Part shown: positions 38,293-48,918 of the stretch, one piece after another | Numbering within the stretch: the first letter of the stretch is position 1 | Layout of the letters: each line of letters opens with the position of its first letter | DNA from: Deinococcales bacterium | Lineage (GTDB): Bacteria > Deinococcota > Deinococci > Deinococcales > JAAFIG01 | Direction of reading: 5' to 3' | Length of the DNA stretch: 64,000 nt | Assembly: GCA_031414595.1 (NCBI GenBank) | Contig: JANNVX010000098.1 | Coordinates: forward strand, 96,001 to 160,000 | Notes under the pieces: model-generated | The model's input: only the letters and a program-made list of their open reading frames with translations | Told to the model about the DNA's origin: nothing | The model's database searches: none | Made by a program: the position numbers and the translations under genes

Positions 38293-40729
38293 CTGCCCCG
38301 CGCACAGCCGTGGCAGTGTATGGGTCTTCTGCCCATGAATGCTTTGGATATTTGATTTTCAGTTCACGCCGCACACTGGGATAAGTGTTTTTCCAAAAAC
38401 TACCTAAATCTTGGGTCACTTGCACAGGGCGGTAGGCTGGACTTAATAGATGCAGCAGCACGGCGGTGCGTCCATCATTGACTTTTGGAGTCTCGAGCAA
38501 ACCAAAAACCTCTTGCAAGCGCACCGCTAAGACTGGCGCAGCACCATCTAAATAATACTCGAGACGAATTTGACTGCCACTTGGCACTTGCATTTTGGCT
38601 GGCGCAAGTGTGTCTATTTGGCGCTGTGTTTCCCAAGGCAAGCTCGCTTCGAGAATGCCACGCAAGTCTAGCCGAGCAAAATCAGCTTGACGACGCACAG
38701 CCTCGAAATGCGGAACAAGCCAAGTCTCTAAGGTCTCGAGCAGTGCCAAATCCGAAAAATCTGGAAAAGCAGCCCCACGCCAAACATGCAGGCTTTGAAC
38801 TCGGGCTTGGTAAGCTCGTGCCTGTTCTGACCACTCGAGCAGATTGGGATTAGCACGAATAGCACTGCATAAAACACGATTCTTTTGGTCAGTTGGGATG
38901 TTTTGAAGCGGTTTAGATTCTAGGATGATTTCACCAATTCGGGTTTCGCTTCGGGCAATCAGTGTACCTTCTCGAGTATCCCAACGCAGCACATCCAAAC
39001 TGGTGCAAAACGGCTCAAGGTCTTGGACTTCAAGTGGAGCGCACAAAAAAACCTTGCCTTCTTCGCTACCCGCATCCAATTGGGCAATCGCAAGGTACGG
39101 CGTGCCTTGTAAAATATCGGCTGGCGGGAGTTGGACACCGCGCCCAAGGGCAAGTTTGTACTTACGGCTCTCCCCTGTTCGGATTTGGGCAATTCGGTCT
39201 GGGTAAGCCAAAGCAATCAGTTTACCAACATCGGCATGGTTAAAAGCACTGGTCTCGAGTTTGGTTCTTAAAAGTTTCGCCCATTGTGCAGCCACCCGTT
39301 CGACTCGAGCCAGACGTGATTGGTCAGCTTCAAAAATCCGTTTGCCTGTTCGAGCAGTTCTTAGGACTTCGACGCGGATGCCAAGGTCGGTGCTGTCAGA
39401 TTCCAAAAAATCGCGTTCCTCGAGAATCGCGGCAACATCGGCAGCCAGTGGTGCGAGTCCTAAATCTTGGGCTTCAAGTGCCAAATGTGCCAAACGCGGA
39501 TGGGCTGGAAAACGCAGCATTGTCTGTCCTCGAGACGTGATTCGGTTGTTCTCGAGTGCGCCCAAACGGGTTAAGAGGTCGCGGGCTTTTTCCAGTGCCA
39601 CAGGGTTTGGTGGTGTGACCCATTCAAGCGAGGATGCACCCCATGCTGCTAGTTCTAAACAAAGTGGCGCGAGGTCGGATTCAAGAATTTCTGGTTTGCG
39701 TTGGCGCTCGAGACTGGCTTGCCCGCTTTGTGTCCAGAGGCGGTAAACAATTCCAGCTTGGGTTCGCCCAGCCCGCCCAGCCCGTTGTGTGGCTGCATCC
39801 ACAGTCACCCGTACAGTCTCGAGCCGTGTCAGACTGCTTTGTGGGTCAAAGCGTGGCACTCGCGCCACACCGCTATCAATCACAATGCTGACCCCTTCGA
39901 TGGTCAAGCTGGTTTCGGCAATACTTGTGGCAAGTACAATTTTGCGTCTGCCATTTGGGTCTGGCAGAATTGCTTGGGTCTGGGCATCTAAACTTAATTC
40001 ACCATAAAGCGGCAGCACCACTGCCTCACAACCATCCAGTAAATCCAGACAGCGCAAAATTTCGCCAGCCCCCGGCAAAAACACCAGAATATCGCCAGTC
40101 TCGGACTCGAGGGCGCGAAAAACACTCATGGCAACTCGGTTTGGAATCGGAGTCTCTAGTTCACGGGCAGCATAGCGAATTTCAATTGGAAACGAACGCC
40201 CTTCGGCTTTTATCACTGGGGCATTCAGGACACTCGAAAGATTTTGGCTGTCGAGTGTGGCACTCATGATGATAATTTTTAAGTCTGGACGGATTTCGCG
40301 CTGAATCTCGCGGCACAGTGCCAGCGCAAGGTCAGCATGAATACTGCGTTCGTGGAATTCATCAAAAATAATACAAGCAATTCCGTCTAAGGTTGGGTCA
40401 TCCTGCAAACGGCGGGTTAAAAGCCCTTCAGTTAGCACCTCGAGTTGGGTCTGGCTCGAGATGACTTTTTCAAAACGCACCCAATAGCCAATCCGTTGCC
40501 CGACAGCTTGACCAATTAAACTTGCCATGCGGCTTGCTACACTTCGGGCGGCCAAACGCCGAGGCTCGAGCATGATAATTTTTTGCATTTTCTCGAGTAA
40601 AAAAAGTGGTAGGAGCGTAGATTTTCCTGCACCAGGAGGGGCTTCTACAATAATTATAGCGCTTGTTTCGAGATGCAAAGTAAGCTCGGAGAAAATTTCT
40701 TTGATCGGGAGTTGAAACTTATCAGACAC
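38273..40729 (-). CDS. hrpB: ATP-dependent helicase HrpB
   Basis: APPGAGKST, DEFHER, MSAT, ATSIAETSLTI, QRAGRAGR and LLSPA.RPVQVT.DL..FW..YPKH. Confidence 0.95.
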   Translation of the reverse strand: MSDKFQLPIKEIFSELTLHLETSAIIIVEAPPGAGKSTLLPLFLLEKMQKIIMLEPRRLAARSVASRMASLIGQAVGQRIGYWVRFEKVISSQTQLEVLTEGLLTRRLQDDPTLDGIACIIFDEFHERSIHADLALALCREIQREIRPDLKIIIMSATLDSQNLSSVLNAPVIKAEGRSFPIEIRYAARELETPIPNRVAMSVFRALESETGDILVFLPGAGEILRCLDLLDGCEAVVLPLYGELSLDAQTQAILPDPNGRRKIVLATSIAETSLTIEGVSIVIDSGVARVPRFDPQSSLTRLETVRVTVDAATQRAGRAGRTQAGIVYRLWTQSGQASLERQRKPEILESDLAPLCLELAAWGASSLEWVTPPNPVALEKARDLLTRLGALENNRITSRGQTMLRFPAHPRLAHLALEAQDLGLAPLAADVAAILEERDFLESDSTDLGIRVEVLRTARTGKRIFEADQSRLARVERVAAQWAKLLRTKLETSAFNHADVGKLIALAYPDRIAQIRTGESRKYKLALGRGVQLPPADILQGTPYLAIAQLDAGSEEGKVFLCAPLEVQDLEPFCTSLDVLRWDTREGTLIARSETRIGEIILESKPLQNIPTDQKNRVLCSAIRANPNLLEWSEQARAYQARVQSLHVWRGAAFPDFSDLALLETLETWLVPHFEAVRRQADFARLDLRGILEASLPWETQRQIDTLAPAKMQVPSGSQIRLEYYLDGAAPVLAVRLQEVFGLLETPKVNDGRTAVLLHLLSPAYRPVQVTQDLGSFWKNTYPSVRRELKIKYPKHSWAEDPYTATAVRGAVKRRSS

Positions 40730-40834
40730 AGAACGCGTAGAATACCTCGGGTTGAACGAAAATAATAATCTGAAACTTATCAGACAATTAACGCGTACAA
40801 TAAGCGCGGGTTTACCCTAAGAAGGAGAAATACT

Positions 40835-41236
40835 ATGGAAGAAGTCAAGAATGTGGTTGCAGACGTAACTGACCAAGCAAAAGCGGCTGCTGGAACAGCC
40901 CAGAATGTAGCAGCCGATGTGGCTGGTCAAGCCCAAGCTGGTTTAGAAGGGGCTAGTAAAGCCGCCGAGGACATCGGTGCAAAAGCCGCCGATATGGCTG
41001 GCGATGCGCTCGAGCAGGGCAAAGATATGGCAGCCGATGCCGCCGCAAAAGCCAAGGAACTCTTAGGCGATGCGCCAGAACAAGCCAAAGAATTTGCCGA
41101 AAATGCCTTTGAAACGGTTAAAGACGTAGCCGAAGATGTTGCCAAAGGTGTCTCGGATGCTGTAGGCGGCGCACTCGAGGGCGCAAAGAACCTCTTGGGT
41201 GGTTTATTTGGTGGCGGCAAAGACAAAGACGCATAA
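40835..41236 (+). CDS. Ala/Asp/Lys-rich LEA-like or CsbD-like protein
   Basis: AGGAGA RBS; 11-mer-like amphipathic repeats. Confidence 0.65.
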   Translation: MEEVKNVVADVTDQAKAAAGTAQNVAADVAGQAQAGLEGASKAAEDIGAKAADMAGDALEQGKDMAADAAAKAKELLGDAPEQAKEFAENAFETVKDVAEDVAKGVSDAVGGALEGAKNLLGGLFGGGKDKDA

Positions 41237-41245
41237 AGAACCAAT

Positions 41246-41276
41246 AAAAAAGCGCAGCCAATGGCTGCGCTTTTTT
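41246..41276. terminator. Bidirectional intrinsic terminator
   Basis: AAAAAAGCGCAGCC-AAT-GGCTGCGCTTTTTT between convergent genes. Confidence 0.9.
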
Positions 41277-41288
41277 ACAGATTACAAC

Positions 41289-41927
41289 TTATAGTTTCTC
41301 GAGCAGCCTGTACTTATAGGCTAAGTGAATCGCTTCCGAACGACTTTTTGCCCCGAGTTTGGAAAAAATATTATTGGCATGGAATTTAACGGTCGGCAGT
41401 GCCACTTTAATCTCGTCAGCAATATCTTGATTACTTTTGCCTAGTGCCATATGTTGTAGTACCTCGCGTTCTCGAGCCGTTAAGTCCTCGCCAATGCCAT
41501 CGTTTTGTACGGCCTGAATCAGGGCTTCGGTGGCTTCAGGAGCAAGTGTGCGCCGACGTAAGACTGCATTGCGAATTGCCTCAAGAATTTCAGCAGCCCC
41601 AGAGGTTTTAAGTAAATAACCAATCGCCCCTGCTTGCATCGCGTTCTGTACCAGATTAGGGTCATAAAAAGCAGTCAGCATGATAATTTGCACATCGCGG
41701 TTGGTACTGCGAATCGCGGCAGCCGCCGTTGCGCCGTCCATGCCTGGCATTTTTAAGTCCATCAGAATAACTTGTGGTTTTAAGGACTCAGTTTGTTCAA
41801 TCGCCTGTTTACCACTGCTGGCTTCGCCAACACATTCTATTCCCGAAGCGTTCTTAAGCATCGTGGTTAAACCCGCCCTGACCATTGGGTGGTCATCTAC
41901 AACCAGCACTCGAATTGGGGAGTTCAT
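41289..41927 (-). CDS. NarL/LuxR family response regulator; no kinase adjacent
   Basis: VVDDHPMVR, LMDLKMP, GYLLK, LTAREREVL..G.SN and TVK.H..NIFSKL. Confidence 0.93.
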   Translation of the reverse strand: MNSPIRVLVVDDHPMVRAGLTTMLKNASGIECVGEASSGKQAIEQTESLKPQVILMDLKMPGMDGATAAAAIRSTNRDVQIIMLTAFYDPNLVQNAMQAGAIGYLLKTSGAAEILEAIRNAVLRRRTLAPEATEALIQAVQNDGIGEDLTAREREVLQHMALGKSNQDIADEIKVALPTVKFHANNIFSKLGAKSRSEAIHLAYKYRLLEKL

Positions 41928-42201
41928 GCTCTAACCCCTAAAAATGGCAGGAGGTTCATCGCTGCCTCCCGTGTCTCCCACGAACAGCCATGAACCTGCC
42001 ACTCCCATGCGCGGTTGCTTGTTTCAACCGTGACAACAGAATACAAATTAGTACCCGAACCTGAAATCATCATAGGATTAGCATACAATTAAAACCAATG
42101 GCTAGGTAAAGCCTAACTAAAGTAATGGTTAATAAGTTGTTTAAGAGCTTGGCGCTTGCTTAGATTTGAAAACTCTGGATACTCGAGAATAAAGTCCTGC
42201 A

Positions 42202-43179
42202 TTACTCGAGCAGCATGTCTTGCGGAATGCTGTAGCCCATGTGGTCATAAGCAAGTGGGGTTAGTACCCGCCCCCTCGAAGTGCGCTTCATAAAACCAAG
42301 TTGAATCAGATACGGCTCGTATAAATCTTCGATTGTTAGCGCATCCTCGGAAATTGCCGTGGCAAGTGTGTCTAAACCAACCGGACCACCCGCGAACTTT
42401 AGAATCATCGTCTCGAGTAATTTTTTATCGCGGTCGGTTAAACCGACCGTATCTAAACCAAGTTTGTCTAAGGCATTTTGGGTTCTGGAAGCACTGATAT
42501 GGTACTCGCCCTCGACTTGGGCATAGTCGCGCACACGGTTCAGTAAGTTCTTGGCAATTCGCATTGTGCCTCGAGACCGCGCCCCAAGTTCAAGGGCGGC
42601 ATCTGGCGCAAGTTCTAAGCCCTGCAAAATTGCTTCTTTCTCGAGGCTCTGAGCCAATTCTTCGGGAGTGTAATACTCGAGGTGTTCGATAATCCCAAAA
42701 CGGCTTCGCATCGGTTGGGTGATTAAACCCGGGCGGGTGGTCGCGCCAATTAAGGTAAAACGCGGAATTGGCAATTGAATACTGCGTGCCGCCGGACCTT
42801 GCCCAATCACAATGTCCAATCTAAAATCTTCCATCGCAGGGTACAAGTGTTCTTCGGCAACCCGCCCTAAACGGTGAATCTCATCTATGAAAAGCACATC
42901 GCCTTCCTCGAGCGAATTGGTCAGAATTGCCGCCAAATCACCGGGTTTTTCTATTGCCGGACCCGAAGTCGGACGAATCCCAACCCCCATTTCGTAGGCA
43001 ATAATGTGTGCCAAGGTGGTCTTACCCAGTCCGGGCGGACCAAACACCAACACATGGTCAAGTGCTTGATTGCGCCCTTTAGCGGCTTGGATATAGACCC
43101 CAAGTTTTTGTTTAAGTTTATCCTGACCAACATAATCTTTAAGGGTCTTCGGACGATTTGCACCAGCAGCTTGAGTCAT
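42202..43179 (-). CDS. ruvB: Holliday junction branch migration helicase RuvB
   Basis: [27 protein letters not shown] and GGPVG. Confidence 0.97.
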   Translation of the reverse strand: MTQAAGANRPKTLKDYVGQDKLKQKLGVYIQAAKGRNQALDHVLVFGPPGLGKTTLAHIIAYEMGVGIRPTSGPAIEKPGDLAAILTNSLEEGDVLFIDEIHRLGRVAEEHLYPAMEDFRLDIVIGQGPAARSIQLPIPRFTLIGATTRPGLITQPMRSRFGIIEHLEYYTPEELAQSLEKEAILQGLELAPDAALELGARSRGTMRIAKNLLNRVRDYAQVEGEYHISASRTQNALDKLGLDTVGLTDRDKKLLETMILKFAGGPVGLDTLATAISEDALTIEDLYEPYLIQLGFMKRTSRGRVLTPLAYDHMGYSIPQDMLLE

Positions 43180-43308
43180 GGGATTCCTAGGAGAGAGGCG
43201 AAAGGCAAAAGGCAAAAGGTTTTAAGTTCGCCCTGTTAAGCGATGATTCTATTCTATTCGGTTTTGGGCGTAATTTCCAGCACCAAATTGGGCGTAATTT
43301 CTCGGCAC

Positions 43309-43341
43309 TAAAAAAGCCGAAAGGGTTGAACCTTTTCGGCT
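43309..43341 (-). terminator. rpmF terminator
   Basis: AGCCGAAAAGG-TTCAA-CCCTTTCGGCT followed by a T tract on the minus strand. Confidence 0.8.
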
Positions 43342-43358
43342 ATACGGGACGAATTACT

Positions 43359-43550
43359 TTAGGCTGCGGCTATCGCTAAAACCTGACGACCATCGTAGTA
43401 ACCGCATTCAGCACAAACTACGTGCTGTGGTTTCTTAGAGCCACAATTCTTGCAAGTGGTCAAATTAGGGGCAACCAAGGCATGGTGCGAACGACGCATA
43501 TCGCGCTTGGACTTGCTGGTCTTCTTTTTTGGAACGGGGTGCTTTGCCAT
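43359..43550 (-). CDS. rpmF: 50S ribosomal protein L32
   Basis: [42 protein letters not shown]. Confidence 0.97.
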   Translation of the reverse strand: MAKHPVPKKKTSKSKRDMRRSHHALVAPNLTTCKNCGSKKPQHVVCAECGYYDGRQVLAIAAA

Positions 43551-43721
43551 TTTTATTTCCTCCGAGCGTGTGGGATAAGCCCAGTCAGCCACTTTTTTTA
43601 CTGTTGTTAGCGTGAGTAGCCTCACGGCAGCCCAAGGAGTATAGCAAAAGCTAAGCAGATTGCAAGGGGGCAAAAGGATAGCACGAGGTGTCTCTCTCAT
43701 TTTTCACGGTAGACTGCAAGC

Positions 43722-44750
43722 GTGTTAAAGGGTTTTTTTGATGCGGTTTTTAACTTAACCGACCCTCGTCCAAATTATATTGGAGAGCGTTGTTTGCTCG
43801 AGAAGAACGCCGTCGGTGGCTGCGATAAGTGTATGCAGGCATGTCCGCACGAAGCAATTTCTTTGGGTTTTAAGCCAGAAATCTCGGAAAGCTGCACTGG
43901 TTGTGGTTTGTGTGTCCAAGTTTGCCCAAGCGCTGCCCTCGAGTACGATATTCTTAAACCTTTGGGGCAATTAAAAGCCCAAGGCACAACCCATGCCAGA
44001 GCTACCGAGTCCGAGCGCCTACCAAGCAGCCTAAAGTGCAGCAAAGTAGCGGGCGATTCTGCGACCATCGAATGCCTTGGGCGGGTCACACCAGCCATGA
44101 TTCTGGCTTCGAGTGCATGGGGGCAAGAACTAACCTTGCTACGCTCAGACTGTGCCACTTGCAAACTGGGTGGGGAGACCGTACCAGAATCTTTAGAAAA
44201 TGTGATTGCCATAGCCCGTGAGTACAAAAAGCACCTCGAGCAACCCGAAATTGCAGTGCAGGTGATAGTTGGCACTGCCGAATCTAGCCCTCGAGCCGAT
44301 GTTGCCGCTTCGGTCTCGAGACGCGGCGCATTGCAAGCCTTGGGACGCAACACTCGAGACAGCACCGCACGGCTAATTCCCGAGAAACTGATTCCGGGCG
44401 TGGATACCAAGATAGATGCACCGCGTATCCCCGAAGAATGGGCTTGGCGCAAAAAAGCCTTGCGTCCGATTCCCGAACCCGAAGCGCTGCAATACTGGGT
44501 GATTCCAAGTATCAATGAGGATTGTATTTTTTGTCCAGTCTGCCAGAATGTCTGCCCCACCGAAGCGATTATCAGAAACCGTGAAATAGACGGCACATGG
44601 AAAATCACCCTCGAGACTGCCGCTTGTACGGGCTGTAATGCCTGTGTTCTAAGCTGCCCACCAAGTGCCATGAAACTCGAGCCAGAGATACTGTTCTCGC
44701 AACTCGAGCAGGTTTTGTTATTGCGCGAAGGCGATGGGTATACTTCTTGA
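43722..44750 (+). CDS. 4Fe-4S dicluster / polyferredoxin protein
   Basis: Multiple CxxCxxCxxxCP motifs at both termini. Confidence 0.88.
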   Translation: MLKGFFDAVFNLTDPRPNYIGERCLLEKNAVGGCDKCMQACPHEAISLGFKPEISESCTGCGLCVQVCPSAALEYDILKPLGQLKAQGTTHARATESERLPSSLKCSKVAGDSATIECLGRVTPAMILASSAWGQELTLLRSDCATCKLGGETVPESLENVIAIAREYKKHLEQPEIAVQVIVGTAESSPRADVAASVSRRGALQALGRNTRDSTARLIPEKLIPGVDTKIDAPRIPEEWAWRKKALRPIPEPEALQYWVIPSINEDCIFCPVCQNVCPTEAIIRNREIDGTWKITLETAACTGCNACVLSCPPSAMKLEPEILFSQLEQVLLLREGDGYTS

Positions 44751-44857
44751 CTTCTTGACCCGCCCTTGTGCTAATTGACTGTATATGCTACCCTTCTTCG
44801 GCTGCCTCGAGATGGGGCTTGAAAGTGCCTCGAGATGGGGCTTAAGGGGTTTTAATC

Positions 44858-45142
44858 ATGTTTGCAATTGTTAAATCTGGTGGTAAACAACACCGCGTTG
44901 AAGCTGGTAGTGTTATCCGAGTCGAAAAACTGAACGCCGAAGCTGGCGCAAGTGTTGAGTTGCCTGTGCTGATGTTGGGTGGCGACAGCGTTACTTTTAA
45001 TACCGGTAATGTCAAGGCAGAAGTTCTGCGTCACGTCAAGGGCGAGAAAATCTTTATTGACAAGTACAAAAGCGGTATTCAGTACCGTCGTCGTAATGGT
45101 CATCGTCAAGCCTACACCGATGTCAAAATCACCAGCTTATAA
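44858..45142 (+). CDS. rplU: 50S ribosomal protein L21
   Basis: [14 protein letters not shown] ... GHRQ.YT. Confidence 0.97.
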   Translation: MFAIVKSGGKQHRVEAGSVIRVEKLNAEAGASVELPVLMLGGDSVTFNTGNVKAEVLRHVKGEKIFIDKYKSGIQYRRRNGHRQAYTDVKITSL

Positions 45143-45170
45143 AGCTGATTGCTCGAGGAGTTGAAAAAAT

Positions 45171-45443
45171 ATGGCACATAAAAAGGGCGTGGGTAGTACC
45201 CGCAACGGACGCGACAGCAATCCAAAGTACCTTGGTGTAAAACGCTTTGGTGGCGAACTGGTCAAGGCTGGGAATATCTTGGTTCGTCAACGTGGCACAA
45301 AGTTCAATGCTGGCAAGAATGTTGGCATGGGACGCGACCACACGTTGTTTGCGCTCGAGACCGGCTTAGTCAAATTCCAAGACAAAGGCGCTTTTGGGCG
45401 TTTTATTCACATCGAACAACTGGCTGCTGCGGCAGACGATTAA
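45171..45443 (+). CDS. rpmA: 50S ribosomal protein L27
   Basis: [32 protein letters not shown]. Confidence 0.98.
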   Translation: MAHKKGVGSTRNGRDSNPKYLGVKRFGGELVKAGNILVRQRGTKFNAGKNVGMGRDHTLFALETGLVKFQDKGAFGRFIHIEQLAAAADD

Positions 45444-45471
45444 GTAGCGACTGGCTGTTAGCAACTAGCTC

Positions 45472-45512
45472 AACCCTCACACCTGAGCGCGACTCGAGTG
45501 TGAGGGTTTTTT
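45472..45512 (+). terminator. Terminator after rpmA
   Basis: AACCCTCACAC ... GTGTGAGGGTTTTTT. Confidence 0.8.
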
Positions 45513-45570
45513 ATGGTGTAGGCTGTTTAAGCTAGAGACTAAAAGCTAGAAGCTAAAAATGAGGAGCTTT

Positions 45571-46881
45571 ATGACCAAGTTTCGTGATGTTCTCGAGGTC
45601 GAAATAACGGCGGGTAAAGGCGGCGACGGCAGCATGTCGTTTCTGCGTGGTTCGCATCAACCCAAAGGTGGTCCTGATGGCGGACATGGCGGTAAGGGCG
45701 GCAGTGTTTTCCTGCGCTCTATTCAAGGGGTCGAAAGCCTAACCAACATCGTTGGTAAGCGCAAATTCAAAGCCGAGAATGGTGGTTACGGGGCTGGGCG
45801 TTTAATGCACGGGGCAGATGGTGCAGATTTTACGGTGGATGTTCCTGTCGGTACAGTCTGCATAGATTTAGCGACCAATAAAATCATTGCCGATTTACTC
45901 GAGGTTGGGCAAGTTCAATTGGTAGCCAAAGGCGGCTTAGGCGGTCGTGGGAATTCGGCATTCTCGAGCAGTACCCGCCGCAGTCCACGTTTTGCCGAGC
46001 TTGGCACGATGGGCGACGACCTAAAAGTTAGGCTCGAGTTGCGTTTAATTGCCGATATTGGTTTGGTCGGTTATCCAAACGCGGGTAAATCGAGTTTACT
46101 CCGAGCCATGTCCAATGCTAATCCCGAAGTGGCAGCCTATCCGTTTACGACCCTCAATCCGATTCTTGGAATCATCGAACGTGGTGATGACGAGTTAAAC
46201 CGTCTGACCCTCGCCGATATTCCGGGGATTATCGAAGGGGCGCATGAAGGTAAAGGCTTAGGTCTAGAGTTTTTGCGGCATATTTCGAGAACGCGCCTTC
46301 TGGCTTTTGTGCTTGACGGCAACGAAGCGCCGCGTGAGCATCTCGAGGCGTTGCGATTTGAATTGCAAAGTTATGACCCGACACTGCTCGAGTTACCCGC
46401 GATTATTATTGTTAATAAGCTCGATTTAATAGACGAAGAAATCAGAACCATGATTGAAGCCGAACTCTTTGATTTTGGTTTGCCTGTGCTTTGTGTCAGT
46501 GCCTTAGAGGGTATTGGTTTAGATACCCTGCGTGAAACCTTATTTCAAGTGTTGCCCGCTAAGATGCAGCGAGCCAGCCTTGTGGTGCGCGACACGATTT
46601 CTGGACCTGAACCAGTACGTGTAACAGCCGACACCGATTTTTATGCCGATGGGACACGCCTGTGGAATGTGACGGGTGGAACGTTTGGCGCTCGGATTGA
46701 ACGTTTCTCGAGACATTTAGAAGATGCTGCCGATTACTTAGAAAAACTCTTTAAGCGCGAAGGGCTAAACGCCCAGTTGCGCCGCGCAGGGGTTAAACCG
46801 GGCGATACGGTTAAAATTGGTGAATTTGCCTTTGAGTTTTTTGAAGATGAATTCTCGGATAGCGAACACAAACAAGTTTAA
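45571..46881 (+). CDS. obgE: GTPase ObgE/CgtA
   Basis: [29 protein letters not shown] and NKLD; follows rplU-rpmA. Confidence 0.97.
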   Translation: MTKFRDVLEVEITAGKGGDGSMSFLRGSHQPKGGPDGGHGGKGGSVFLRSIQGVESLTNIVGKRKFKAENGGYGAGRLMHGADGADFTVDVPVGTVCIDLATNKIIADLLEVGQVQLVAKGGLGGRGNSAFSSSTRRSPRFAELGTMGDDLKVRLELRLIADIGLVGYPNAGKSSLLRAMSNANPEVAAYPFTTLNPILGIIERGDDELNRLTLADIPGIIEGAHEGKGLGLEFLRHISRTRLLAFVLDGNEAPREHLEALRFELQSYDPTLLELPAIIIVNKLDLIDEEIRTMIEAELFDFGLPVLCVSALEGIGLDTLRETLFQVLPAKMQRASLVVRDTISGPEPVRVTADTDFYADGTRLWNVTGGTFGARIERFSRHLEDAADYLEKLFKREGLNAQLRRAGVKPGDTVKIGEFAFEFFEDEFSDSEHKQV

Positions 46882-46942
46882 GTATCTACCGCCAGTCTTG
46901 ACCAGACTTTTCCATGACCAAATCGGCGTAATTTTACGACAA

Positions 46943-47938
46943 ATGCTAAATTATGAATTGGTGATCAATGGTCTTGACCACGCTTGGCAAAAAGAATTTG
47001 GTTGTCACTGTGCGCGTTGTCAAGATAATGGGCGCACTGCCAATACCTCGGTTTCGATTTTGGGATGGCAACAACAGCAACTCGAGCAGCACATTTTGGT
47101 AGATGCGGGTGGTGGGGTCTGCGAGAGTTTAATTGCTAATCCAGATTTAGTGAAGCAACCGCGTTTAGATGCAGTGCTTCTGACCCACTGGCATCCAGAC
47201 CATGTAGCAGATTTGAACCGAATTTTGGTTGGTTTTGGGCGCTCGAGTTGGCGTGAACGGCAAATGGCAAACCGCCCGTATTTGTGGATGCGTGAAGGCA
47301 GCCACATGTGGTTAGAGCGGCAACAACCCAATGTCTTACGGCAAGTTAGCCTGATTTCTTCGCTTGAATACTTTCCACCCGGTCAACTGCTCGAGCCAAT
47401 AAGGATTTTAGGGCTGGATTTATTGGTCACACCCGTAACCATTGCCCACTCGAGCGCCGATTTATTTCCACCTTTTGGTGAGGAGCGCCTTGCCACCTGT
47501 GCTGGTTTTATTGTTCAGACAAATGACTTTAGAACTGCGCTGCTCTGGGATTTGGATGCCACCAATCTATGGTTGGAAAATCCTAACAGCACCCAACAAG
47601 CGGCATTTGATGCGATAGCGGGTTGTGATTTATTGCTGATTGATTGTAATACTTGGGCATACCATCAACATGCCAATGGCGAACCGACCAGTCATGTTTC
47701 GTTTTCTTTGGTACAGCGTTTTGCTAAAGCCTTAAAACCCAAGCGCACAGTCTTAATGCACATCAGTGGTCATGAGGATGCGATTGGTGATGGTTTTGGT
47801 TGGACAAACGAGATTTGGCAATTCGAGGCGACTAAGGCGTGGCAAACCGCAGGTCTAACGGGTGAAGTGATTGTGCCGCAGATTGGTCAGCGTTTTGCGC
47901 TCCAAGGTTCGGATGTCGCACTCGAGATGGTGCATTAA
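46943..47938 (+). CDS. MBL-fold metallohydrolase (PhnP-like)
   Basis: GC.C..C near the N-terminus, THWHPDH and a C-terminal MHISGH; start set at ATG 46943. Confidence 0.75.
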   Translation: MLNYELVINGLDHAWQKEFGCHCARCQDNGRTANTSVSILGWQQQQLEQHILVDAGGGVCESLIANPDLVKQPRLDAVLLTHWHPDHVADLNRILVGFGRSSWRERQMANRPYLWMREGSHMWLERQQPNVLRQVSLISSLEYFPPGQLLEPIRILGLDLLVTPVTIAHSSADLFPPFGEERLATCAGFIVQTNDFRTALLWDLDATNLWLENPNSTQQAAFDAIAGCDLLLIDCNTWAYHQHANGEPTSHVSFSLVQRFAKALKPKRTVLMHISGHEDAIGDGFGWTNEIWQFEATKAWQTAGLTGEVIVPQIGQRFALQGSDVALEMVH

Positions 47939-47997
47939 GTTTTGTCAGGGTTTTGTGATTGACAAACCCTTGATACTCGGTTCGTAGATTGCCCCTT

Positions 47998-48918
47998 ATG
48001 GAAAGCACCTTAGCCAGTTCAGTCAAGCAAAAACGTGGGCATTGGAAACCACGTCCAGATTGGCTCGAGATGCTGGTTTTGCTTGTTCCTGCGGTGCTGC
48101 TTTTAACAGCCTTTGTCATTTTACCAACCATCGAAGCCTTTGTGATGTCGTTTCAACGCGAAGGTCTATTAGGGCGCAACCGTGTTTTTGCTGGGTTTGA
48201 GAATTATCTCGAGGTCTTCTCGCGCCCCGAGAATCTACAAAGTGCTTGGCAGAGTATCTACTTTGCCCTGATTGTCGCGCCGCTCGAGATTGTGCTGGCG
48301 TTTGCAGCCGCCCTGTTAATCTCACGTCCATTTGTTGGTGTGGCAATCTACCGCACATTATTTTTTCTGACCACAGCCGTTCCCACTGGCGTTGCCGCGA
48401 TTGCTTGGAGTTGGTTCTTGAATCCGCAAACGGGTTGGGCAAATTGGATTCTCGTTTCGCTTGGTTTAGAGCCTAAGCAGTGGTTACTTGATACCAGTAC
48501 GGCGCTTCCGACCCTAGCAGTGATTACGGCATGGGCTGGGGTTGGTTTTGCGGCAATTTTACTGACCGCAGGTTTGCAACAAATCCCCGAAGATTTATAC
48601 GAAGCCTCACGGATTGATGGTGCAAATGGTATTCAGCAATTTTGGAATATTACCATTCCACTGATTTCACCTACGCTTTTTTTGGTCACACTGCTGGTTT
48701 TTTTGCGTTCCCTGACTACTTTTGGTCAGATTCATTTGCTGACCCAAGGTGGTCCAGCCGACTCAACGATGGTCTTTATTTACCGCATTTACCAAGATGC
48801 CTTTTTTAATTTTAGGCAGACGTATGCCGCCGCCCAAAGTGTAATTTTATTTTTGGTGTTACTGATTCTGGCATTGCTGCAATTTAGGTTTATTGGGCGC
48901 AAGGTACATTATGAATAA
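47998..48918 (+). CDS. ugpA: CUT1 ABC permease (UgpA-like)
   Basis: EASRIDGA EAA motif and LTQGGP; operon with a second permease and a binding protein. Confidence 0.8.
   Translation: MESTLASSVKQKRGHWKPRPDWLEMLVLLVPAVLLLTAFVILPTIEAFVMSFQREGLLGRNRVFAGFENYLEVFSRPENLQSAWQSIYFALIVAPLEIVLAFAAALLISRPFVGVAIYRTLFFLTTAVPTGVAAIAWSWFLNPQTGWANWILVSLGLEPKQWLLDTSTALPTLAVITAWAGVGFAAILLTAGLQQIPEDLYEASRIDGANGIQQFWNITIPLISPTLFLVTLLVFLRSLTTFGQIHLLTQGGPADSTMVFIYRIYQDAFFNFRQTYAAAQSVILFLVLLILALLQFRFIGRKVHYE

Noticed and set aside
43775-44671. 298-aa antisense ORF, and similar long shadow ORFs elsewhere
   Set aside because: Lies opposite a well-supported gene and has no motifs of its own.
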